A stretch of DNA of 64,000 nucleotides from NCBI RefSeq assembly GCF_963921235.1, contig NC_086108.1, positions 35,590,001-35,654,000 on the forward strand. Reading direction: 5' to 3'. The translations under genes and the position numbers were made by a program. This DNA comes from Mobula hypostoma. Its lineage: Eukaryota. How positions within the stretch are numbered: the first letter of the stretch is position 1; every line of letters starts with the position of its first letter. A model generated the notes under the pieces. That model did no database searches, was not told the DNA's origin, and saw only the letters and a program-made list of their open reading frames with translations. Of the stretch, positions 13,247 to 23,877 are shown in pieces.

Positions 13247-14122
13247 TACTTGTACCGGGCTGGAAGCCTGAGAAGTATTTATTCGTCATATATGCCGGGA
13301 AAGCACTAGATCCTTTTTCTTTGCTCTCCTCTGTTTTCTGTTATAAGAACGTGTTTGTCTCATATCCAGACTGAGTATCTCTCTTTACTCATTTCTGTTC
13401 TATGTAGCTTACGTCATAACAGGCTAACAGTGATTCTACAATACAGGTTCCTCGAAGAACCAGGGCCAGGACAGCTTGGGGTCAAATAATATTACATCAG
13501 TGCTCTCACATTTCAGTCTTCTCAAGGATGCCAGCTCATTTCCTAATATTTCTTTTCAATTACCTAAAAAGGTATTACATACACAAACTACACAATCCAA
13601 TTGCAATGAAAGGTCAGGTGAGAGTAGGTACAGTACCGATAGAAAATGATGCTGGAGAAATTGTAATGGGAGATAAGGAGATGGCGTAGGAACTGAACGA
13701 GTATTTTGCATCAGTTTTCACGGAGGAAGACATCAACAGTATACCGGACACTCAAGGGTGGCAGGGAAGGGAAGTGTGCGCAGTCACAATTACGACAGAG
13801 AAAGTACTCAGGAAGCTGAATAGTCTAAGGGTAAATAAATCTCCCGGACCAGATGGAATGCACCCTCGTGTTCTTAAGGAAGTAGCTGTGGAGATTGCGG
13901 AGGCATTAGCGATGATCTTTCAAAAGTCGATAGATTCTGGCATGGTTCTGGAGGACTGGAAGATTGCAAATGTCACTCTGCTATTTAAGAAGGGGGCAAA
14001 GAAGCAAAAAGAAAATTATAAACGCAAACAACAGGAATTCTGCAGATGCCGGAAACTCAAGCAACACACATCAAAGTTGCTGGTGAACGCAGCAGGCCAA
14101 GCAGCATCTATAGGAAGAGGCG

Positions 14123-14158
14123 CAGTCGACGTTTCAGGCCGAGACCCTTCGTCAGGAC
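14123..14158 (-). ncRNA. Minimal type I hammerhead ribozyme motif (antisense arm)
   Basis: Exact reverse complement of 14173-14208. Confidence 0.8.
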
Positions 14159-14172
14159 ACTGACACACACAG

Positions 14173-14208
14173 GTCCTGACGAAGGGTCTCGGCCTGAAAC
14201 GTCGACTG
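14173..14208 (+). ncRNA. Minimal type I hammerhead ribozyme motif
   Basis: GTC-CTGACGA-AGG(GTCTCGG)CCT-GAAAC-GTC^GAC: CUGANGA core, helix II, GAAA, palindromic ACGU helix III and GUC cleavage triplet, as described for Penelope-like element hammerheads. Confidence 0.8.
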
Positions 14209-16469
14209 CGCCTCTTCCTATAGATGCTGCTTGGCCTGCTGCGTTCACCAGCAACTTTGATGTGTGTTGAAAAGAAAATTATAGACCTGTTAGCTTGACA
14301 TCGGTGGTTGGGAAGTTGTTGGAGTCGATTGTCAAGGATGAGGTTACAGAGTACCTGGAGGCATATGACAAGATAGGCAGAACTCAGCATGGATTCCTTA
14401 AAGGAAAATCCTGCCTGACAAACCTATTACAATTTTTTGAGGAAATTACCAGTAGGCTAGACAAGGGAGATGCAGTGGATGTTGTATATTTGGATTTTCA
14501 GAAGGCCTTTGACAAGGTGCCGCACATGAGGCTACTTAACAAAATAAGAGCCCATGGAATTACGGGAAAGTTACATACGTGGATAGAGCGCTGGCTGATT
14601 GGCAGGAAACAGAGAGTGGGAATAAATGGATCCTATTCTGGTTGGTTGCTGGTTACCAGTGGTGTTCCACAGAGGTCCGTGTTGGGGCCGCTTCTTTTTA
14701 CATTGTACATCAACGATTTGGATTATGGAATAGATGGCTTTGTGGCTATGTTTGCTGATGATACGAATATAGGTGGAGGGGCCGGTAGTGCTGAGGAAAC
14801 AGAGAGTCTGCAGAGAGTCTTGGATAGATTGGGAGAATGGGCAAAGAAGTGGCAAATGAAATACGATGTTGGAAAGTGTATGGTTATGCATTTTGGCAGA
14901 AGAAATTAATGGGCAGACTATTATTTAAATGGGGAGAGAATTCAAATTCCTGAGATACAACAGGACTTGGGAGTCCTCGTGCAGGATACCCTTAAAGTTA
15001 ACCTCCAGGTTGAGTCGGTGGTAAAGAAGGCGAATGCAATGTTGGCATTCTTTTCTAGAGGAATAGAGTATAGGAGCAGGGATGGGATATTGAGGCTCTA
15101 TAAGGCGTTGGTAAGACCTCACTTGGAGTACTGTGGGCAGTTTTGGGCTCCTTATTTAAGAAAGGATGTGCTGACATTGGAGAGGGTACAGAGAAGGTTC
15201 ACTGGAATGATTCCATGAATGAGAAGGTTAATATATGAGGAACGTTTGTCCGCTCTTGGACTGTATTCCTTGGAGTTTAGAAGAATGAGGGGGTCCTCAT
15301 AGAAACATTTCGAATGTTGAAAGGCATGGACAGAGTGGATGTGGCAAAGTTGTTTCCCATGATGGGGGAGTCTAGTACAAGAGGGAGTGACTTAAGGATT
15401 GAAGGGTGCCTATTCAGAACAGAAATGCAAAGAAATTTTTTTAGCCAGAGGGTGGTGAATCTATGGAATTTGTTGCCATGGGTAGCAGCGGAGGCCAAGT
15501 CATTGAGTGTATTTAAGGCAGAGATTGATAGGTATCTGAGTAGCCAGGGCACCAAAGGTTATGGTGAGAAGGCGGGGGAGTGGGACTAAATGGGAGAATG
15601 GATCAGCTAATGATAAAATGGTGGAGCAGACTCAATGGGCCGAAAGGCCAACTTCTGCTCCTTTGTCTTATGGTCTTATGGTCTAAGGCTGAAAGTCGAC
15701 TGTTCTTTTCAGTTGTGCAGGTGTTACACATACCACCCACCAGTCACTAATTCAAAGGTAGGAATGAGCACCAATGAAGCTTTTATCAGAATATCTTGAG
15801 CCAACTCTGGGAACCTAACGCACATCTCCCATTCTCTTTAATCCAGTATTGTCTTCAAAGTAAATAAACTACAGTAGTTTCCACGAAGCAATGAGAAAAA
15901 TCAAATTCAGAGAAACCATTAATAAGGCAGGAAGTTGTCAGTCAATTCTTCTAGTTAATTATATGATCAGTGGCCCGAAGGCACCATCCTGCTGCTTCAA
16001 CAGACTTTTGAAAGAAAGCATTGTTTGCAATATCAAGATGAAGAAATTCTCTGCAGATGTCTATACATTAACAACGTATAATGATTGCAATATACAATAT
16101 ATGCTCTAAGGACAAAGTGTCTGGACTGAGGTGACGTGAGGGCATCATAATCTGTCATCTCAACCTCAAAACCACAGAGGTGAGGAAATGCTAAGCATGC
16201 CATAGTTTGCGGCAGAAGACTACTTTTTCCATGAGGGAGGAAAGTAGTCAGCAATTGCTTTCTTAGTGAAGAAGTGACAATACTATATATAAACAAATAA
16301 AGTTAAAGCCAAAAATGTTAAAAAATACTGGAAATACTCAACATGTAAGGAAGCATCTGTGAAAGAGAACCATAGATAGCCTATCATAAACTTGGTTCAT
16401 GTGCAATGCTATCTACTTAAAGAGTTTGTAGAAAGATCAAGAGAATAAACTACAAGATGCTCTAAAAAA

Positions 16470-17290
16470 CATTTGAAGGCATTCTACAAATTCCCTCTCT
16501 TAGGATCCATCTACCACCTGATTTTCCCCTCTACCTGCATTTTGAAATCCCCCTTTACTATCATATCATTGCCTTTTTTACATGCCTTTTCAGCTTCCTG
16601 TGGTAATATGTAGCTCACATCTTTGTTACTGTTTGGAAGCCTGAATATAATTCACATCTGGGTCTTTTTACCCTTGCAGTTTCTTAATGCTACCCACAAG
16701 AATTCTACATCTTCCAATCCTATGTCACCTCTTTCTAAGGATTTAATTTCATTTTTTGCCAACAGAGCTGCCCCAACCCCTCTGCCAACCTGCCTCTCCA
16801 TTCGATACAATGTCTATCCTTGGATGTTAAGCTCCCAACTATGATCTTCTTTCAGCTACAACTCAGAGATGCCCACAAAGTCATAACTGCCAAAATCTAA
16901 CCATGCTACAAGATCATTTACTTTATTCCATATGCTGCGTGCATTCAAATATAACACTTTCCATCCTGTATTCATCACTCCTTTTTGATCTTGCCCTCAT
17001 GTTACACATCCCAATGACTGAAATTCTGCCCTACCATCTGCCTGTCCTTCCTCACGGCCTCACTGCACACTGCATCTAGTTGTATGCAAACTGCCTCATC
17101 CTCAGCCCTATCACTCTGGTTCCCACTCCCTTCCAAACACTCTGTAACACCTCTAGCAAACCCACCCACAAGGATTTTGGTGACCTTTGGGTTCAAGTGA
17201 AACCCGTCCTTTCTATACAGATCTGCCTATTCCCTTTCCCACTCCTGGCAGTTACCAGCTAGCTACCTCCTGCACTTTAGGTGTGACTAC
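16470..17290 (-). mobile_element. Decayed CR1 fragments (endonuclease region plus an ORF1 piece)
   Basis: The minus strand resembles the APE region at 23880-24070 and 27925-28400. Segment 17222-17290 is paralogous to ORF1 at 21176-21263. Confidence 0.7.
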
Positions 17291-17685
17291 CTTCCTGTAG
17301 CTCCTATTTTTTAATTCCGAAAAAGAAATCCCAATAATTCCTGTAATCTGAAACTCTGACCCCTGTACCAATTCTTCAGCCACCCATTCATCTGCCAAGT
17401 CATCTTATTCTTACCCTCACTGAAGTGAGGCACAAGCAGCAATCCAGAGATTTCTACCCTTGAGGCCTTGCTTTCCAGCTTTCTACCTAACTCCCTATAT
17501 TCTCTTTTCAAAGCCTCATCCCTTTACTACGTCTGTCATTGGGACCAATATGTACCACAACTTCCGGTTGTTCACCCTCCCCCTTTAGGGTGCTATGGAC
17601 CTGATCCGAGACCATAAGACGTAGGAACAGAATTAGGCCATTTGGAATATTGAGTCTGTTCATGGCTGATCCGTCTTTCCTCTCA

Positions 17686-18502
17686 AAGATTTCAAAGGTT
17701 TCAAAGGTGCATTTAATGTCAGAGAAAAATGTATACAATATATATCCTGAAATGCTTTTTCTTTGCAACCAAAAATGAAAACAGAGGAGTGCCCCAAAGA
17801 ATGAATGACAGTTAAATGTTTGAACCCTAAATCCCCCCTCAGCTCCCCCCTCCCACGTGTAAGCAGCAGTAAAGCAACAATCCCCCCTCCCCCACCAACA
17901 AAAAAAATCAGCACAACCCACCGAGCACTCAAGCGTGCAGCAAAGCATTAATAAAAACACAGACTTGCAGTACCCAAAGGTTACTCAATCACCCCATATT
18001 CAACATACCACAGGCTCTCTCTCTCCCTAATAAAGGAAAAAGGGGTGTCCCCATTTCGCAGCAAGAGGGGAGACATAACAAACAACTCGCTGACTTACTA
18101 TGTTAAAAGTCTGTTGCGATGCTTTTTTCGAGCTCTGTGCCCAAAGAACTTGGGTCTCTGGGCACACAGCCAGCAGCCAGCTTGCTAATTTTGATCTTCC
18201 ATCTCCCACGACACACCGTTTCCTGCAGATGCATCGACTACGAGTCTGCCTGCCTCTAGAGCCATGAAATCCCGGAACTCTGAGGGCAAGCTAGTCTTCT
18301 AAGCCGCGTCCTTGGTATAACAGAGAACGGCCAGCCGTGAAACCCTGAGAGCAGGTCCCATTCCCGCAAAGAACCGAAGTCAGCGTGTAACTCCAGGTCA
18401 GGGTCTTCAAAAGAACCCTGAAAGGGAAAAATGGAGATATTAAAGATAAAAATAGAGCTGTTTCCGAAGATGCAGGCAAAGGAGTCACCATTGTCTCCTT
18501 AG
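17686..18502 (-). mobile_element. Non-coding non-autonomous retroposon with (TTTGAAAC)n-like tail
   Basis: Interrupts a CR1 3'UTR; 6-bp TSD CTCTCA at 17680-17685 and 18503-18508; G-rich 3' body similar to 37381-38139. Confidence 0.75.
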
Positions 18503-19245
18503 CTCTCAGTCCCAATCTCCTGCTTTCTCCCTGTATTCCTTCATTCCCTGACCAATCCAGAATCTATCAACCTCTACCTTGAATATATATGAAGACTTGG
18601 TCACCACAGCCACCTGAGGCAATGAATTCCACAGATTCATCACTCTCTGGCTAACGAAATTCCCCCTCATCTCCTTTCTAAAAGGGCACTCCTCTGTTCT
18701 GAGACTGTGTCCTCTGGTCATAGCCTCTCCTACCATAGCAAAGATCCTCTCCACATCCACTCTATCAGGGCCTTTCACTACTCGATAGGTTTCAATGATG
18801 TCACCCCTCATTCTTCTGAATTCCAGTGAATACAGGACCAGAGCCATCAAACACTCTTCACATGACAAGATGTTCAATCCTGGAATAATTTTCGTGAATC
18901 TCCTTTGAACCCTGTCCAATGTCAGCACATCCTTTCTACAATAAAGGGTCACAAACTGCTCTCAATACTATGTGAGGCTTCACCAGTGCTTTATAAAGCC
19001 TCAACATTGCAACATCGCTTTTATATTCCAGTCCTCTTGAAATGAATGCTTTCCTCACCCTAGACTCAACCTGTAAATTAACCTTTAGGGAATCCTGCAC
19101 AAGGAATCCCAAGTCCCTTTGTGCCCCAAATTTCTGAATTTTCTCTCCATTTAGATAATAGTCTTGCCTTTTGTTTCTTCTACATAAGTGCATGACCATA
19201 CATTTCCTGACACTGTATTTCATCTGCCACTTCTTGGCCCATTCT

Positions 19246-19375
19246 CTGACGAAGGGTCTCGGCCTGAAACGTCGACTGCGCCTCTTCCTATAGATGCTGC
19301 TTGGCCTGCTGCGTTCACCAGCAACTTTGATGTATGTTGCTTGAATTTCCAGCATCTGCAGAATTCCTGTTGTTT
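19246..19375 (+). mobile_element. Penelope-like single-arm insertion starting at the hammerhead core
   Basis: Matches the reverse complement of the left arm of the 60254 copy. Starts at CTGACGA and ends with the tail ...GAATTCCTGTTGTTT. No TSD; ~12 bp of host CR1 are missing. Confidence 0.85.
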
Positions 19376-20343
19376 AAGTATTTCTATAGCCTCGCTACTT
19401 CTTCAAAACTACCTGCCCCTCCACTTATCTTCATATTGTCCGCAAACTTTGCAACAAAGCGTTCAATTTCATCATTCAAGTCATTGACACATAATGTGAA
19501 AAGAAGTGGTCTCAGCAGAGACCCCTGTGGAACACCACTGATAACTGGCAGCCAACCAGAAAAGGCTCCTTTTATTCCCATTCTTTGTCTCCTGCCAATC
19601 AGCCACTGCTTTATCAATAGGCTCTCAACTTGTTAAGTAGCCTTGTGTGTGACACCTTGCCAAAGGCCTTCTGAAAATCCAAGTACACAATATCATGCAG
19701 TTCTCTTTTGTCCATCCTGCTTGTTATTTCTTCAAAGAATTCCAATAGGTTTGTCAGGCAAGATTTTTCTCTTGAGGAAACTATGCTGACTACAGCCTAT
19801 TTCATCATGTGCCTTAAAGTACCCTGAGACCTCATCTTTAATAATAGACTCCAAGGTCTTCCCAAACACTGAAGTCAGACTAATTGACCTACAGTTTCCT
19901 TTCTTCTGCCTCTCTCCCTTCTTGATGAGTGGAGTGACATTTGCAATTTTCCAGTCTTCCTGAACCATTCCAGAATCTAGTGAACTTGAAAGATCAATAC
20001 TAATGCCTCCACAATCTCTTCAGCCACCTCTTTCAGAACCCTGGGTTGTATACCATCTGGACTCGGTGACCTACCTTCCTTCAGACCTTTCAGTTTCCTA
20101 AGAACCTACTCCCTATTAATGGCAGCTTCACACCCTTATGGCACCTGACACTCTGGAACTTCCACCATACTGCTAGTATCTTCCACAATGAAGATGGATG
20201 CAAAACATGTATTTAGTTTGTCCCCCATTACTTCTTCTCCAGCATCGTTTTCCAGCAGTCTGATTTCCCCTCTCACCTCTCTTTTACACTTTATGTAGCT
20301 AAAGACACTTTCAGTATCCTCTTTAGTATTATTGGCTACCTTA

Positions 20344-20674
20344 CGAGGGGTGATTGATAAGTTCGTGGCCTTAGTTAGAATGAGATGAGTTGTACAGCTC
20401 TCATTACATGCACACGCAGTTTACCTCTTTGAGTGAAAATTCAGGAAGTTTGAAGTTAATAACTCATCTCCTTCTACTTTAGGCCATGAACTTACTAGTC
20501 ATCCCTGCCGTGGACCGCTTTCTGGAGGTCCAAGACGTCAACTTCTACAAAGAAGGGATTCGTATGCTCCAGGACCACTGGTCTAAGTGTGTAAATGTAG
20601 GAAAAATAAATGTGCTAGGTTTTCTAAAATTGACACCTTCTACCTTAGGCCACGAACTTATCAATCACCCCTCG
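20344..20674 (+). mobile_element. Non-autonomous mariner element with TA TSD
   Basis: TIRs CGAGGGGTGATTGATAAGTTCGTGGCC; TA on both sides; residual transposase C-terminus FYKEGIRMLQDHWSKCVNVG; extra internal TIR copy at ~20461-20506. Confidence 0.92.
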
Positions 20675-21612
20675 TACTTTTGTATTCCATCTTTTCCTTA
20701 ATGATTTTTTAGTTGCCTTCTGTTGGTTTTTGAAAGCTACCCAATCTTCTAACTTCCCACTAATTTCTGCTCTATTATATGCCCTCTCTTTGGCTTTTAT
20801 GTTGGCTTTGGCTTCTCGTTAGCCATGGTTGTGTCATCTTGTCTTTGGAATATTTCTTCCTGTTTGGGATGTGTATATCCTGTTCCTTCTGAATTGCTTC
20901 CAGACACATCCTGACCCTGGCACCTGGGAGGCAACATAACATCTGAGGGTCGCTTCCGCATCCACAGAATCGGCTTTCTGCCTCTCTAGTATGGAATCAC
21001 CCATCACTACTGCACTCCTCTTCTTCCCACTTCCCCGCTGAGCCACAGTGCCAAACGCAGTGCCAGGGAGCCACTTGCTGAGGCTTCGCCCTGTTATTTC
21101 TCCCCACCTTCCAACAGTATCAAAAGCAGTATACTTATTATTGAGGGGAATGGCCACAGGGTTAGTCTACACTGGCTGCTTATTCCCCTTCCCTCTCCTG
21201 GCTGTCACTCAATTACCTGCTTCCTGCAATGTAGGGGTAACTACCTCCCTGTAGCTTCTATCTATCACCTCCTCATTTTGTTCATGAGCTGAATGTCCAT
21301 CGAGCTGCCACTCCAGTTCCTTAACACTGTCTCTATGGAGCTGCAGCTTGATGCACTTTGTACAGAAGTAGTTACCAGGGAGACTGGAGCTCTCCCAAAG
21401 TTCCCACATCTCACACAAAGAACATGCCACTAACTCTAAATCCATTCTCGATACTCTAGCTATACACTAATACACAAAGAAGGAGAATAAAAAATCTCCT
21501 GGGAAACTTAGAGCCTCCACCTGTTCTTATCAAAACTTGTTGAGCTAAGCCTTCTACTCTAACCCTGGCCCACTCACCCCAATGGCTGCTCTGCATATAC
21601 CTTGTTCCTTTT

Positions 21613-22218
21613 TGTAACACTCAGGGCTAACGGCTCGTGGTTGTCTAGGGGAAACCCCGTCTGCCCACCAAACCGTGTCTCATGTTTGCGTAGTTGCCGT
21701 GTAATGCACCCTGGTACAAACTCACACATCAAATATCAGACAGCACACAATGTACGATTTACAAATTACACTTTATAAATCTTGCTGGAACTATGTAATT
21801 AATAGAGATAAAATATAAAAGGAAGTAAAACGCGCCAAACTTATCAGAGTTCAACCACTTCATGCATAACTGTTGGAGCTCAGTTAACGGGGTCTTCTTT
21901 CCACCATTCGATCTGCTCCGACCTCCTCGACCCACCGCCTGGGACCAACCACGGTGTTCGACCAGAGCACATCCAGCATGTCCTTCCTCTTCAGTTCTCC
22001 TCCCGAAAAAAACCCGCGCACTGACCCAGGTTCCCACACAGAATAACATAGCTTCCATTGGTTAGTTCCTCTGTTTTCTATAACTATAACCCAAACATTT
22101 CAGCTATAGAGAACCTTACCTCATAGTTAATATTACGAAGAAGCCATTTCATTATTACACTTCAGAGAAGCCATTTTATAATTAGCAGTTAACAATTAAC
22201 ATTACTGAGAACCCTACA
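21613..22218 (-). mobile_element. Solo LTR (Gypsy-like), 606 bp
   Basis: TGTA...TACA termini; 4-bp TSD TTTT; inserted in a CR1 5' region. Confidence 0.8.
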
Positions 22219-23579
22219 TTTTTATTGGCCCTCTCCAAGTTACTAATAATAGAAGCAATCTCCCGCTCTGCAGACAAGTCCCGGCAGGCCCTACTCACTT
22301 TTTTAAACTGGTATGTAAAATCCACCGAGAGCTACATGGAACTACCTCTGCAAGATCCTGCTCCGCAGACAAGACCTGAGAGGCCCACTCACTTTTTAAA
22401 ACTGGCACTAAAACGCCACAAGGAATTGTCTCCAACTCTCTGAGCAATCTCCCGCTCCACAGTTGATTGGAATATAGGGAAAAAAGATTGCTGGCAAAAA
22501 TTAATGGGATTATCCGATGGCCCATTGATCTGGTGTTGATTTGATAGGCTGCATTGTCCTCCTCCTATGTCAGAAGGAAATATGATATTGTAAAAGGCTT
22601 AAATAATGAATATATTTCTCTCATTGGTTGTAGGTAGAGAGGATGTTGCTTAGGAATGTAAATGGACTGTGATATATAGTAAATTCTGAATTATGGAGTG
22701 TGATCTTTTATAATAGATTGAAAGTTTCACACTTCAATCCTTCCAAACATGTACCAGTCCAGTAGAAGTATCTATAACTCCTCCAGAGTCTTCCTCTTTC
22801 TGGCCTTGAGACCCCCATCTGCCACCCAGGAAACAGAGGTTGATGAATATGCTTAGACTGTGAACATTGAAAAAAATATTCCTACTCAGCCTGCAGACCT
22901 TGGTAAAAAGCATTGTTCGGTACATATACACTCTGCAAGGCCTTCATTGTCTCTCTCATACTTGATTATAAACTGTAAAGCCATTATTTTTAAAAGTTAT
23001 TTATCCTTGGTATCTAACCAATACTTACCTCTCAGCCAAGTTATCTGACATTGGGCAAGATCAAGTTGGGTCTGACCAGCTGCTTGGATTCACCATCCAG
23101 GTTGGATTTACTCCTTCTATAAAGAACAGCAACTCTCAACTCTCCCCACCAGTAAATATCCCACAAGGTGACCAGGGTCCAAGTGGCAACCAGGCTAAAT
23201 ATCCAGAGCACACTTGCAACTTTTCTCATGCCATGGCCGCTAGGTCCATTGAACTATGTTTAAATGTTTTTGATAGTCAGAGACATTTTAAAAGCTGCTT
23301 GAATAGATTGCAATAGTTAAAAAGGGGTAATAATTTCATTTAATCAAATTTGAAAAATAAAATAAAATCATTGCTCATCTCCATTATTGTTTTCCATAGA
23401 GTTATCCAGCTTCTCCTTGTATAAAACTGGAAGAGGGGATCAGTTTATTCAGTTGCTTTGTCACAGTTCTCAATGGTCACTTCAGTATTGAAGGAGGAGG
23501 CCAAATGCATCAGTGTCTCACATTCAGCTCATAGGCAATTGGGGGAAATCTGAGACAAATTATGACCCCAACAACTGAA

Positions 23580-23710
23580 AGCGGTCAATCATCTCACATT
23601 TGCCCATTATTACTGTGTAACTTGGCAGCTACCTACAGCAAATTCATTTACACTTCAAGAGTGCATTTTGAGATGTAAAGTGCCAGGATTTCCTGTGGAT
23701 GTGAAGGTTG
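23580..23710 (+). mobile_element. Highly decayed Deu-domain SINE (SacSINE1/AmnSINE1-like) 3' part
   Basis: TTGGCAGCTACCTACA...TACACTTCAAGAG...TGTAAAGTG...GTGAAGG resembles the recalled Deu-SINE 3' consensus. Confidence 0.4.
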
Positions 23711-23877
23711 TTGGGGTTTGGCCTGCTAGAACAAAGACCAAGAGTAGTGTCCACTAGACAGAAAGGGGAAAAGCAAGTGTTCTAATCGGTAATCAGTCTT
23801 TTTTTTCACATATACCAAGGTACAGTGAAGAACTTTATTTGCATGCTATCCAGACAGATCATTCCAAACATAACATG

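Larger units (their letters stand above)
14021..14269. mobile_element. Penelope-like mini-insertion: perfect 97-bp inverted repeat plus one-sided tail, 14-bp TSD
   Basis: Arms 14062-14158 and 14173-14269; loop ACTGACACACACAG; ~41-nt extension on the left arm only; TSD AAAAGAAAATTATA at 14007-14020 and 14270-14283. Confidence 0.88.
13616..15684 (+). mobile_element. 5'-truncated CR1-clade LINE (RT pseudogene), interrupted by a Penelope-like insert
   Basis: ORF pieces [62 protein letters not shown]; 3' hairpin and (TCTTATGG)n tail. Confidence 0.95.
17613..20901 (-). mobile_element. CR1 LINE (RT pseudogene) nested in the ORF1 of an older CR1
   Basis: ORF pieces EDWKIANVTPLIKKG, ISGVPQGSLLRPLLF, FADNMK, VMNLWNSLP; TCTTATGG tail at ~17611; hosts three further insertions. 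Confidence 0.93.
17311..22400 (-). mobile_element. Old CR1 5' part (5'UTR plus ORF1 zinc finger/SGNH esterase), split by nested insertions
   Basis: VACSLCEMWE..FCTKC (21209-21445), VMGDSI (20834-21157), QPEVVVHIGPND and ISGLLLVP (17311-17610). The halves rejoin across AGAC at 17609-17612 and 20902-20905. Confidence 0.8.

Noticed and set aside
14062..14269. Pre-miRNA gene, DNA MITE or sequencing fold-back artefact
   Set aside because: The one-sided tail, 14-bp TSDs, differing junctions and a single-arm copy point to genuine Penelope-type retrotransposition.
14016..14390. Arg-rich peptide IKVAGERSRPSSIYRKRRSRRFRPRPFVR recurring in several ORFs
   Set aside because: It is the antisense translation of the hammerhead-bearing repeat, not a protamine-like gene.
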